From assembly GCA_041242255.1 (NCBI GenBank), contig JBESAV010000001.1, forward strand, positions 768,001 to 832,000: a stretch of DNA of 64,000 nucleotides, in the 5' to 3' direction. A program made the translations under genes and the position numbers. The notes beneath the pieces were generated by a model. The model had not been told where the DNA came from. It saw only the letters and a program-made list of their open reading frames with translations, and searched no databases. Positions 39,689 to 49,262 of this stretch are shown here, piece after piece. Origin of the DNA: Candidatus Altimarinota bacterium. Its GTDB lineage: Bacteria; Patescibacteriota; Gracilibacteria; UBA1369; GCA-2718715. Each line of letters starts with the position of its first letter. Within the stretch, counting starts at the first letter, position 1.

Positions 39689-40413
39689 TATAACTCTTTA
39701 ATTATACTCGCATACTTGCTTTGCAATTCAATTTTTTCTGAAATCAAATCTAACAATTTTTCATTTAATTCATCTACAGACTCAACCTCATCATTTACTT
39801 CAACAAACATAACAAAAGAATCATCTATAAAACCCTTCATATCCTCACCAGCAAAGAACCTTGCAAACTTCAGAGGACTCCCCTTCACTGATTTATATTT
39901 TGCCAAGAACTCTAACATATCTTTACTATAAAACTCACCTAATTCACTATTAAGATCTATTAGTTTTTCCAACATTCCACGAACATCAGCTCCAAACTCT
40001 TCTTTTAAAGTATCTAATGTCTTTGGCAATCTAAGTTCAGCTACAGAATTCTGTTCAGTGATATTTTGATCGATCTTCAACTCTACAACTTCAATATCTT
40101 TTAAAATGACTTCAAATCTTGAAGCAATAGCTTCAACAATTGGATCAAACTGACCAATCTTTTCTAACTTCGAAGACAACTCCTCATAAGATTGGTTTAG
40201 GCCGAGCATTTCTACTTTTGCTTCTTCAATAACACCCAACCGACTCATAGCAGATTGTATAGATCCAATTAAATCTTGAGGCGATACCTCATAGTTTTCA
40301 TCTAAAACTGAAGAGTTCAATAAACCACTTTTTTCTTCTCTCTCTGAAGAAACTCTTCCATAATCTCTTTCAATTTCACTCTTTATATCTTCCCAATCTT
40401 TGATACTAAACAT
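39688..40413 (-). CDS. Hypothetical acidic coiled-coil protein
   Basis: E/K/L heptad-rich; overlaps both neighbours. Confidence 0.7.
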   Translation of the reverse strand: MFSIKDWEDIKSEIERDYGRVSSEREEKSGLLNSSVLDENYEVSPQDLIGSIQSAMSRLGVIEEAKVEMLGLNQSYEELSSKLEKIGQFDPIVEAIASRFEVILKDIEVVELKIDQNITEQNSVAELRLPKTLDTLKEEFGADVRGMLEKLIDLNSELGEFYSKDMLEFLAKYKSVKGSPLKFARFFAGEDMKGFIDDSFVMFVEVNDEVESVDELNEKLLDLISEKIELQSKYASIIKEL

Positions 40414-41368
40414 CTTTAATAATTACATCAACAACTCTACTTATTTCATTAGACACCATATCAACTGTAGATTTATTTTCTTCTAATTCTTGCTTTAAAC
40501 TTATGTACCTTTCTCTTAAACGATTAAACTCCTCTTTTTTCGCATGAAAATCTTGAAGTTGCCCTTCATATTCTCTTCGCACATCCATGGTCATAACAAG
40601 ACTTCTTAGATTTAAAATCAAATCAGATTTTGTGTCAGAATCAATCGATTCAAGCAATTCTCCACAATGAGAAATCAAAACATCCATTTTCATTGCATAT
40701 ATCTCAGATAACTTAACCTGATCCTCTTCAAGCTCTAATCCACGCATGAAAGTTAAAAACCTAGAGTTCAAAGTTTTATATTCTTCATTATCAACATCTC
40801 CAAACCTCAAAATATCAATTAAGCTCTCAAAAGACCCAGATAAAATAGACGCCTCAAGAGAATCCTCATTCGAAAGAATTTGCAACGCTGAAATCCATAA
40901 ATCAACAAAAGACTCAACCTCCTCATCCGACTCAATTAATTCCAAAAAGCTCTTCATCAACCTATAACTACCAGTAATTAAACCCATGTAATTTTCTTTT
41001 GAAAGTTCCACCTCCCTACTATTAATGCGTCGGTCAAGATCCTTTAGAGCTTCTTCTCTTTCCCTATACTCTAACTCTAGAGTATCAAAAGAAATTGCAC
41101 TCAAAGATTCTAACTCTTTTTCTATTTCAATAATTTTTTCATGCAAACTATTATAAACCTCAACATTTACTTCAAATTCTTCGTCATCTCCAAGCTCATC
41201 AAGCTTATTGCTTAACTGCTCAAGGGCATTATATACAAAACCATCAGGCTGCCCTTCCAAAACATCAATGAAATCTCTAACAGACGCCATCAAAACATCT
41301 TGAGCATAACCAAGCTCTAAAGTTTGATGCATAACAACTTCCATCTGAGGTGCTAAATTTAATTTCAT
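40406..41368 (-). CDS. Hypothetical coiled-coil protein
   Basis: Long E/L/K heptad helices at both ends; N-terminus faintly sigma54 region I-like. Confidence 0.7.
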   Translation of the reverse strand: MKLNLAPQMEVVMHQTLELGYAQDVLMASVRDFIDVLEGQPDGFVYNALEQLSNKLDELGDDEEFEVNVEVYNSLHEKIIEIEKELESLSAISFDTLELEYREREEALKDLDRRINSREVELSKENYMGLITGSYRLMKSFLELIESDEEVESFVDLWISALQILSNEDSLEASILSGSFESLIDILRFGDVDNEEYKTLNSRFLTFMRGLELEEDQVKLSEIYAMKMDVLISHCGELLESIDSDTKSDLILNLRSLVMTMDVRREYEGQLQDFHAKKEEFNRLRERYISLKQELEENKSTVDMVSNEISRVVDVIIKDV

Positions 41369-41389
41369 AACATTTTTATTTTATACGAC

Positions 41390-41417
41390 ACTTTAAATCT
41401 TTTTTGAGATTTGTCAA
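41390..41417 (-). promoter_or_regulatory. sigma70-like promoter TTGACA-N16-TAAAGT with inverted repeat in the spacer
   Basis: cTTGACA overlaps the upstream TGA stop; aaatct-N6-agattt at 41395-41412. Confidence 0.5.
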
Positions 41418-44065
41418 GTATTCTTGAATTGTTTTCTCAGCTCTTTTTCAAAATCATCATAATCAATGCCTTCTCTTTCAAGTGCAGATGCAATTAACCT
41501 CCCATATGATTCAGTAATATTTTGTAAATATGGACTTACAACTTCAAGTTCAGCTTCTTCAACTACTGATTCCACAGAAGCTTTGCTACTCTCTAAATCA
41601 ATATAGCTCTCCCTTACATTACTTAAATCTACTTCAGGCCTCCAATCACTCTCAGAAACAAGAACTCCATAAACTAAGAAATAGTTTCTAGCATTTACTT
41701 TTACATATGCTTTGTCATTTCCTTCAATCCTTACTGTAGGCAAAGCGTTAGTAAAATTCAACGAAGTTGTTTTATTAACATACTTACTATCAACATTGTA
41801 TAACTTAAAAACATCACACATCTCTTTCCACACATCTCTTTCCACAAGATAGCTTTGCTTAACAGTGTTCCCTGACAGATCATATTGCACATCGCTGTAG
41901 CTCAAACCAAAACCACTATCTAAAACTAAATTTAAATCAACCGTAGAATCAAAATTATCAGCGTTAATAGTATCCATTTCAGTTACAAGAAGATAAGGAA
42001 AAGCTAAATGAGAATTTAACAAAATCTTATCCTCATCTACTAAAGCAGACTCAATCGAACTTTCAATATCTAGAATTTCCACTTCAGAACAACCATCAAT
42101 CTTACTATGACCATATCTATATTTTGACTCAACCAGTTTCGCAGCCTTTTTATTATATACTCCTAATCTACTAACAAAATGCTTTTGGTCGTAAGAATCA
42201 GCTTTCTCTCTTAAAACATAAGGAAGTAATTGAATTAATCTTGCAACACCTACTGGTGGCTCAATATACTTATCTTCAAAAGAATCAACATTTTCAAATT
42301 CAGATTCATTATCTTCAACTGTAGAATTCTCTGAAGCGACTTGAATCGACTGCGTAGAAGAATCTACCTCTGGCCGCCATCCATTCGAATCCTCCAAGGC
42401 AATCCCTGCAAAAATCAAAAAGTAAACAGGATCAATAGAAACATAAACACCTTCAACCCCATAATCACCAGCATGGCTAATACCAGATGCATAAGAACTA
42501 CTAGGTATTATACCGTCCATATTTGACCGCACTTCAGCTTTCAAATTCTCCCAATCCTCAGCAGTAACAATTAAATCGTAAGTCCAATATTTATTATTAT
42601 TATAATTTACACCTTTTATCATATTCACAAAACTTGAACAAACAACTTTCTCAGGTAAATTAATACTATTCATCCAGTCTTCATCAATGAAACTTTTATA
42701 GCTTAATCTATAACTTGCATACAATAAATGATTATCAAACAATCTGTTCTCCGTAGGACTCAGGTTCGATAAATACTCATCAACCAAATTTGCAACATCT
42801 TCTTCAGTCAATTCATGCATATCAGTCACATCAATATCCAACTCTTTACCAACAAATTTCTTCAACCTTACATCAGTTATAACACCATTACGAACATGTA
42901 AATAATCATCCACTACCCCTTTATCTTCTAACATTTTACCGAGTAACTGCAATATAACTTCCACACCTATTGGCATAAGGTCTCTCACTAAACCATCAAG
43001 CTCATTTTCAGATAAATCACTAACCACTTCAGGTAAACTAAGCTGCTCTTCCTCAGACTTATAGTCCAACCTCCAACCATGCTCATAGTAAGCAGCAGCA
43101 AAGACATACAAGTAAGCATCTGCTGGTACAGAAACATGTTCAACCCCATCAATTTCCTGAACTCCTCGACCTCTAAGATTAAAAAAAACAGATCTACTTG
43201 TGAAATAAAGATCCTTTTCATCAGAAAGAATATCACTTAATTCAATCCATTTTTTCTTTTCAATCAGAACAGTATGATGAACAGATCTAACATCCTCAAA
43301 ACCATGCTCTACAACAAAATCCCAAATTCCAGCCTTTACTAATTCATTCGGATCAATCAATTTAACAATTTCAGCAGCCTTCAAATAACCACTATCAACA
43401 CGTCTAGAAAGTCTCCTAAAAGCCCACAACAAACTATTTTCAAATAGCTTCTCATCTTCTTGAGACATCATCACACTAAGGGTATTGTATAACTCTTCCC
43501 CAAATTCTTGACTAATATCGGATAACTCATCACCTTCAAAACCAAAATGCTTTTTCAAAACATCCAATACAGTTACCCATCTTCGAATAGTTGTTGCTGG
43601 ATTTAAATCATTTTCTATATCATCATCAAACAAATGCATATCAAATATCAGTTGACCAACTGCTGATACTCCAACTGGTAATTCAGAGCTCAAAACATTC
43701 TCAATCTCTGAACTTATATCTGAAACCTCTTCTTCTACCTCATCTTTAGAAGACAAAAACTCTTTAGCTTCTTCAGATATCAAAGATAAACCAGAACTTA
43801 CATACTGAATAACGTACCTCCAATCCTCTTCACTCAAAGTAGATAAATCTATTACATCTAATTGCGAAAATTCTTGAATAGTAAGACCAGCAAAAATAAC
43901 CTTATCCAAATTATCCCAGTCCACATTTCTCTGAATCACATTTACTTTAAAATTGGCCTCAATCGTACCGTCAGACTGAATAAATCTTCTTTGCTTTTCA
44001 AGTGGAAGTTTTTCAAACCCACTACGCAACCTATCAGCTCGACTTGGCTTGTTAATAGTTTCCAT
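41414..44065 (-). CDS. Hypothetical 883-aa protein with three tandem ~205-aa homologous domains
   Basis: Three copies of P[VI]GV..QL ... W ... [YH]V.[VI]...Y[FL]...WR at aa ~130-334, 365-568, 604-813. Confidence 0.8.
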   Translation of the reverse strand: METINKPSRADRLRSGFEKLPLEKQRRFIQSDGTIEANFKVNVIQRNVDWDNLDKVIFAGLTIQEFSQLDVIDLSTLSEEDWRYVIQYVSSGLSLISEEAKEFLSSKDEVEEEVSDISSEIENVLSSELPVGVSAVGQLIFDMHLFDDDIENDLNPATTIRRWVTVLDVLKKHFGFEGDELSDISQEFGEELYNTLSVMMSQEDEKLFENSLLWAFRRLSRRVDSGYLKAAEIVKLIDPNELVKAGIWDFVVEHGFEDVRSVHHTVLIEKKKWIELSDILSDEKDLYFTSRSVFFNLRGRGVQEIDGVEHVSVPADAYLYVFAAAYYEHGWRLDYKSEEEQLSLPEVVSDLSENELDGLVRDLMPIGVEVILQLLGKMLEDKGVVDDYLHVRNGVITDVRLKKFVGKELDIDVTDMHELTEEDVANLVDEYLSNLSPTENRLFDNHLLYASYRLSYKSFIDEDWMNSINLPEKVVCSSFVNMIKGVNYNNNKYWTYDLIVTAEDWENLKAEVRSNMDGIIPSSSYASGISHAGDYGVEGVYVSIDPVYFLIFAGIALEDSNGWRPEVDSSTQSIQVASENSTVEDNESEFENVDSFEDKYIEPPVGVARLIQLLPYVLREKADSYDQKHFVSRLGVYNKKAAKLVESKYRYGHSKIDGCSEVEILDIESSIESALVDEDKILLNSHLAFPYLLVTEMDTINADNFDSTVDLNLVLDSGFGLSYSDVQYDLSGNTVKQSYLVERDVWKEMCDVFKLYNVDSKYVNKTTSLNFTNALPTVRIEGNDKAYVKVNARNYFLVYGVLVSESDWRPEVDLSNVRESYIDLESSKASVESVVEEAELEVVSPYLQNITESYGRLIASALEREGIDYDDFEKELRKQFKNT

Positions 44066-44069
44066 AATA

Positions 44070-44672
44070 TTAATTATTTATTTTATATTTTTGACAAAGC
44101 TCATTGAAATCACTTAATAAATTTTTATTAGCTTGAACTTCTTGTGATCTCAATTTAACCTCTAAGTTTTTCTCAACTCTTTCCTTCATTTTCATTGTAA
44201 TATTTGATATTACTGGGTGATCACTTATAGAAATCAAAAGATACTCCCTTCTAAATTCGTTATTTTTATATGTCTCAGCCAATACTGAATACCAAAAATC
44301 ATCTTCAAAAAGTAATTCATTATCAATTTCTCCTTCATACATATCTTGAGCCTCTAAATATTGTAAAACAACTATTGCTGCTTGACCGTATTTCTTAGTA
44401 AACTCACCCATCGTCAATGAACTAAAGAAACTAATTAAAGACTTAAACAACAACAAGTGTAATATTCTAAACAAATCCTCCAATTCTTTTTCTATTTCTT
44501 CCAAAACTATCAAATCACTCTCCACCCTAGGAACTAATAAACTAGTTCTTTTCATAATTTCTAGAAAAGCCCTTAACTCCTCCAAGTTCAAATCTTCTTG
44601 AAATTGATTTAATAATTCTCGAATTCCAGACGCAGCCGACAATGCCTCATTCATTGTTGTATTTTTATTCAT
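44070..44672 (-). CDS. Hypothetical helical protein
   Basis: 200-aa ORF overlapping the helicase-like gene by 8 bp. Confidence 0.7.
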   Translation of the reverse strand: MNKNTTMNEALSAASGIRELLNQFQEDLNLEELRAFLEIMKRTSLLVPRVESDLIVLEEIEKELEDLFRILHLLLFKSLISFFSSLTMGEFTKKYGQAAIVVLQYLEAQDMYEGEIDNELLFEDDFWYSVLAETYKNNEFRREYLLISISDHPVISNITMKMKERVEKNLEVKLRSQEVQANKNLLSDFNELCQKYKINN

Positions 44673-46668
44673 ATTTAACCTTAATTCCTACATTATGCTT
44701 CAAACTATCATCTATAAAAGGTAGCTTTATAAAAATCTCTTTCACTTTAGACTCACCTCTATAATCAATAATTACACCATCAACAGGAGCGACTTCTTCA
44801 CTAAAATCAACTATTCCATCTTCATCGCTATGATTCTTGGCATACTCAACTTCTCCTTCAAACCAAAAATCAGAAGGATCAAAACTAGTTAATCTAAATC
44901 TAAATACAGTTGTAGACCCATCAGCTTCATCATAATAAAAAGTCATTCCACTATCAGACATCAAATTATCCACCGAAACAGTTTCATCAACATAAAAATT
45001 AATTTCACCTGTTTCACCATAATCTTTCAACACTCTAATTTCTTTACCTTTACCAAGAATTGCTTTCCAAACATTCTTCAAAGAATATAGCCTATAATTC
45101 TTCTTTTCATTTCCAACCTCATACACACCAATCATTGATTTATTCTCATCTTCAGGATAAAAACTCAACACATCAAACAAATCACTAAAAATATTTTCAT
45201 CTAGATCTAAACCAAATTCTATTAAAAAGGCTTCAAAACTCTCTTGATCATTAAACCAAGTAATATTGTATCTCTTCAAAACTTTGACTAAATCACTATC
45301 AGACCATATCAAACCTGAAATCATAGATAATGAAGTATCTCTGGTGATATAATTCTCACCTTCTAAATTTAAAAATAAATCTTGATCTAAATCATAATAA
45401 GTTCCTTCAATCAATTCTCCATCATATCCATATAAATTCACAAACTCATTTGCTAAGAAATGACTATCTTTATCAGCATCAATTCTAGAAACTGAAACTG
45501 AAACAGGAACCTCACCATCTCTAATGCTAGCGTAACTAAAACTCTCTCCAACATACACTCTTACACCTTCATTCAATTCCTCACCTCTTTCATGATATTC
45601 TGCATCGATCACTCCGTGAACTAACTCTATAACATTAGCACCTGAGAAATCATCATAAGGCAACAACCTACCAAAGATATCACTAACTTCAGCCAAAGCA
45701 GTCCTAGGATACAAATTCACAATCACATCAAGACCAGTAGGATAATAATGCAAAGATCTAGTTCCAGAAATGGTAGCAAACATCCAATTATCAGATGAAT
45801 TTGCTTCAAGTACGTCTAAGAAATCTGCATACCCCCAACCATCATTGGGCTTAATAATTGTCTTACCTAGACCTGTAAAATAATCATGAAGGCCTTCACA
45901 TTGGGCCACAGAACCAACAACCAATACACTTTCCGCTCCGATCACATCTACTTGCTCTACAATCTTTTCCATAACTTCCTCACTCAAACGAGCAGTAGTA
46001 CGACTAGACTCTGCTGGCACTGGTATTACTCTTATATCTAAACTAGCTTTTGATTTTTCTAAAAACTCAGAAAAAGTCTCAAAGTTGTGAGTAACACTAG
46101 GCTTGGATATAAGCTCAAAATCATAAGCTGTATTAGCAGTACAACTAGATGCAGCTAAATATAACCTGTTATCTCCTGGCTGATTAAAATGCTTGGCTGA
46201 TACCTTCTTACCTGGAGAACCATACTCAGCATTATCAAACATAACAATATCAAAACCATAATCATCTAAAAACTCAGAAAAATCTACTGTATCAACAAAT
46301 TTACCTAAACTTTTATATTCAAACATCAACGAAAACTTTTCCTTATCATCATCAGTTAAATAACTGTTGATTCTTCTAAACTCGGATCTATACTCCTCAT
46401 CCAACAAATACACAAAGTAATCTAAAGCTATACTAGTACTTCCCATATATAAAACTTTCAAATCTTCATCTAGAAAAACCTGAGCCAATCTTGCAAGATA
46501 ATTTGTCTTACCATACCCAGGCCTCGCCTTTATCAAGTGTAAACCATTAAAATTATTTAATACACCTTCAGTAACCTCCTCAAACCTACTAAAATCTTTC
46601 GACTTATTCCCAGTCTCTCCAGTAGAATTGTGAATTTCTCTTAAACTATTTTCTAAACTTTTTTTCAT
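44665..46668 (-). CDS. Degenerate superfamily 2 helicase-like ATPase with unknown C-terminal region
   Basis: Walker A ARPGYGKT, KVLYM, Walker B-like IVMFDNAE, motif III-like LAASSCT, motif VI-like DIFGRLL. Confidence 0.7.
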   Translation of the reverse strand: MKKSLENSLREIHNSTGETGNKSKDFSRFEEVTEGVLNNFNGLHLIKARPGYGKTNYLARLAQVFLDEDLKVLYMGSTSIALDYFVYLLDEEYRSEFRRINSYLTDDDKEKFSLMFEYKSLGKFVDTVDFSEFLDDYGFDIVMFDNAEYGSPGKKVSAKHFNQPGDNRLYLAASSCTANTAYDFELISKPSVTHNFETFSEFLEKSKASLDIRVIPVPAESSRTTARLSEEVMEKIVEQVDVIGAESVLVVGSVAQCEGLHDYFTGLGKTIIKPNDGWGYADFLDVLEANSSDNWMFATISGTRSLHYYPTGLDVIVNLYPRTALAEVSDIFGRLLPYDDFSGANVIELVHGVIDAEYHERGEELNEGVRVYVGESFSYASIRDGEVPVSVSVSRIDADKDSHFLANEFVNLYGYDGELIEGTYYDLDQDLFLNLEGENYITRDTSLSMISGLIWSDSDLVKVLKRYNITWFNDQESFEAFLIEFGLDLDENIFSDLFDVLSFYPEDENKSMIGVYEVGNEKKNYRLYSLKNVWKAILGKGKEIRVLKDYGETGEINFYVDETVSVDNLMSDSGMTFYYDEADGSTTVFRFRLTSFDPSDFWFEGEVEYAKNHSDEDGIVDFSEEVAPVDGVIIDYRGESKVKEIFIKLPFIDDSLKHNVGIKVKYE

Positions 46669-46670
46669 AT

Positions 46671-47729
46671 CTAAAACTTAATCTTAAATCCTGCACTAAT
46701 CAAAGCCTCCCTCACCTCTTCAATCGTCCAAAAATCAAATAAAACATTCATAATAGGCCTTAGTGCAGATTTCATATAAATATCTCCCCTAGTCAAAAAC
46801 GCTAAATTTGAAACTTCAAAACTACTATGAATAAAGTGGGACTTAGAATTTGAGCTATCACCACTTTCAAAACCTAATAACTCTAAAAATTCACTAAGGT
46901 CTGAACCTGACACCTGCTTATTAGCATACCTTTTAAATCGCTTCATAAAAACATCTTGCCTTTCCTCTAAAGTCAAACCGTCACTCTCTTCTTCAATTTT
47001 ATAACTATCCAACAGATCATGTAACCTATCATCACTCAACGCATTAACAGCAATTGATCTCACTTCTTCAAACTGCTCAACTCCAAACTCATTCATGAAA
47101 AAATCAATCACTAAATCAAAATGATACTCTATAGACTCATGTCCTTCCTCGGCGAACACACCTAAATAGTCTTTTTCAAAATTTTTAAAACATCCCCAAA
47201 CAGAATCTGCATATAGATCGACATTTGGATTAGAGTCACTTGCCAAAGCACTCACAAATGAAACCAAATCAGATAATTCAAACTTAGAAAATTTCACGTG
47301 ACCAATTTCTTCACTTATCTCATCTATAGCTTCTACAATACTCTCATCCTCCCAAGCCTCATCAACTGGATCCGTTGATCCCACTAACTTAGAATTCAAC
47401 TGAGGCATTACAAGCTCCATAAATTCATCAGCATTCAACTCTTTTTTAAACTCTTCATATTCAAGAGCATCTTGAAAACAAACATTCATCACATCTCTAA
47501 CACCTTCTAATTCACATATACTTAGATTATGACCCTCACAATTTACGTCTTTTTTCAATAACTGCCTACACATAAAAGAAGAAAAAAGAGGTAATTGACT
47601 TTGCAATTCCTGGATTAATACATTCAAATCATCAATCCTCCTTAAAGATTCAAGCAAGTCCACAATTGATAATACTCTATTTTCACGCTGGGTTTCACTA
47701 ACCACCGACGAAGGACAAAGGTTTTTCAT
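46671..47729 (-). CDS. Hypothetical acidic protein with C-terminal HicA-like domain
   Basis: aa ~272-330 VSGSDLSEFLELLGFE......KSHFIH...GDI..SALRPIM resembles HicA (SGxE...L.xLGF...GSH). Confidence 0.5.
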   Translation of the reverse strand: MKNLCPSSVVSETQRENRVLSIVDLLESLRRIDDLNVLIQELQSQLPLFSSFMCRQLLKKDVNCEGHNLSICELEGVRDVMNVCFQDALEYEEFKKELNADEFMELVMPQLNSKLVGSTDPVDEAWEDESIVEAIDEISEEIGHVKFSKFELSDLVSFVSALASDSNPNVDLYADSVWGCFKNFEKDYLGVFAEEGHESIEYHFDLVIDFFMNEFGVEQFEEVRSIAVNALSDDRLHDLLDSYKIEEESDGLTLEERQDVFMKRFKRYANKQVSGSDLSEFLELLGFESGDSSNSKSHFIHSSFEVSNLAFLTRGDIYMKSALRPIMNVLFDFWTIEEVREALISAGFKIKF

Positions 47730-47748
47730 AATAAAAATTTAAGAACGC

Positions 47749-47776
47749 AAAATAACACTTAAAACAATATTGTCAA
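47749..47776 (-). promoter_or_regulatory. sigma70-like promoter TTGACA-N16-TATTTT (extended -10) at the head of the orphan locus
   Basis: Minus strand cTTGACA atattgttttaagtgt TATTTT, 19 nt before the ATG at 47729. Confidence 0.62.
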
Positions 47777-47783
47777 GTATTAT

Positions 47784-49172
47784 TTATACCAACCCAACCA
47801 GCTCGTCTATCTTAACCCTCTTCTGCTCAGCTGTATTACGATCCCTTACTGTAACAGTTCCATCTTCTAACCCATCAAAATCAACTGTGACACAGTAAGG
47901 CGTACCAATTTCATCCATCTTTCTATACCTTTTACCAATTGAACCAGAGGTCAGAAGCTCACATGAAAACTTACCCTTAAGATCATCATAAATCTTTTGT
48001 GCAACCTCCATCACTTCACCTTTTTTAACTAAAGGCAATATAGCCATCTTCACCGGCGCAATTCCAGCATCAAGATCAAGATAAACTCTTTCGCTTCCAT
48101 CAACTTCATCTTCCCTATATGCATCACACAACACAGTAGTCACCATACGAGACAACCCAAAAGATGGCTCTATTACATGCGGAGTTACCTTCTTACCTTG
48201 AGGATATGTATAAACCAAAGTCTGCCCAGAATTCTCCTCGTGATTCTTCAAGTCAAAATCAGTCCTATACGCTAAACCAAATGACTCCTTGAATCCCCAT
48301 GGAAATTGAAACTCTAGATCTTCCGTCCTATCAGAATAATGAGAAAGCTCATCCTCATCATGCTCTCTCCACCTAACTCTCTCCTCACTCAAACCTATAT
48401 CCCTCACTGCAAACTCCTGCATCTGCTCTTTCCAATAATCAAAAAGCTCATTCCAATCATTTTCTTCAGGGTCAAAGAAGTACTCAAACTCCATCAAATC
48501 AAACTCCAAAGTCCTAAATGTAAACTGCCCCTTAGTAATCTCATTTCTAAAAGCCTTCCCAGTCTGACCTATACCAAACGGTAGCTTAGGAGAAAGTGAA
48601 TCCATCACATTTTTAAAGTTCAAGAAAATCCCTTGAGCAATCTCACCTCTAAGGTACACCTCACTCCCCTCTCCTTCCACGATTCCAATCTCAGTCTTGA
48701 AAAGTAGATTCATTTTTTTAGCAGGACCAAACTCATTCCCATCCGGACTCAAAATCCCATTATCTTTTATCATCTTATCTAGTTCTTCTGCAGGCAACCC
48801 ATCAACCTTTACCTCTTCACCTTTAGCTTCAAAAAAGTCTTCTATTATGTGATCAGCTCTATACCTTTTATTATTTACTGTATCTTCCACCATTACATCA
48901 GCAAAATTAGCAACATGCCCAGAAGCATCCCAAACTTTAGGATTCAAAATAATCGAACTCTCAATCTGATGGATATCAGCTCTAGAACGTATAAACCTTT
49001 GCAGCCATTTATTTCTAATATTCTCCTTAAGCATTACACCATAAGGCCCATAATCATAAGTATTTGCCATACCGCCGTAAATCTCACATGAAGGAAAGAT
49101 AAAACCTCTCCTCTTACATAGTGCAGTAACCTTACTTAGCAAATCTTGATTATAAATATCTTTTTGAGCCAT
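47784..49172 (-). CDS. glyQS: Glycyl-tRNA synthetase, alpha2 (eukaryote/archaea-like) type
   Basis: KRRGF..EIYGG..YDYGPYG, GKAFRNEI, LSHYS, RTDFDL, PHVIEPSFG, GSIGKRYR. Confidence 0.96.
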   Translation of the reverse strand: MAQKDIYNQDLLSKVTALCKRRGFIFPSCEIYGGMANTYDYGPYGVMLKENIRNKWLQRFIRSRADIHQIESSIILNPKVWDASGHVANFADVMVEDTVNNKRYRADHIIEDFFEAKGEEVKVDGLPAEELDKMIKDNGILSPDGNEFGPAKKMNLLFKTEIGIVEGEGSEVYLRGEIAQGIFLNFKNVMDSLSPKLPFGIGQTGKAFRNEITKGQFTFRTLEFDLMEFEYFFDPEENDWNELFDYWKEQMQEFAVRDIGLSEERVRWREHDEDELSHYSDRTEDLEFQFPWGFKESFGLAYRTDFDLKNHEENSGQTLVYTYPQGKKVTPHVIEPSFGLSRMVTTVLCDAYREDEVDGSERVYLDLDAGIAPVKMAILPLVKKGEVMEVAQKIYDDLKGKFSCELLTSGSIGKRYRKMDEIGTPYCVTVDFDGLEDGTVTVRDRNTAEQKRVKIDELVGLV

Positions 49173-49224
49173 ATAATTTCTTAAAATTTGCTTTAATATA
49201 AGCCCTAAACAATTTTTTTACAAC

Positions 49225-49253
49225 AAAAAAGCCACCCAATACAGGCAGCTTTC
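49225..49253 (-). terminator. Intrinsic terminator after the DUF3467-like gene
   Basis: Minus strand aaagctgcc-tgtattg-ggtggcttt followed by a T run. Confidence 0.7.
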
Positions 49254-49262
49254 AATTCAAAT

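Noticed and set aside
44665-46668. Type I/III restriction enzyme R subunit
   Set aside because: No adjacent DNA methyltransferase or specificity gene, no evident PD-(D/E)xK motif, and the helicase motifs are degenerate
47784-49172. Eukaryote-like GlyRS as evidence of recent horizontal transfer
   Set aside because: The alpha2-type GlyRS is widespread in many bacterial phyla including CPR
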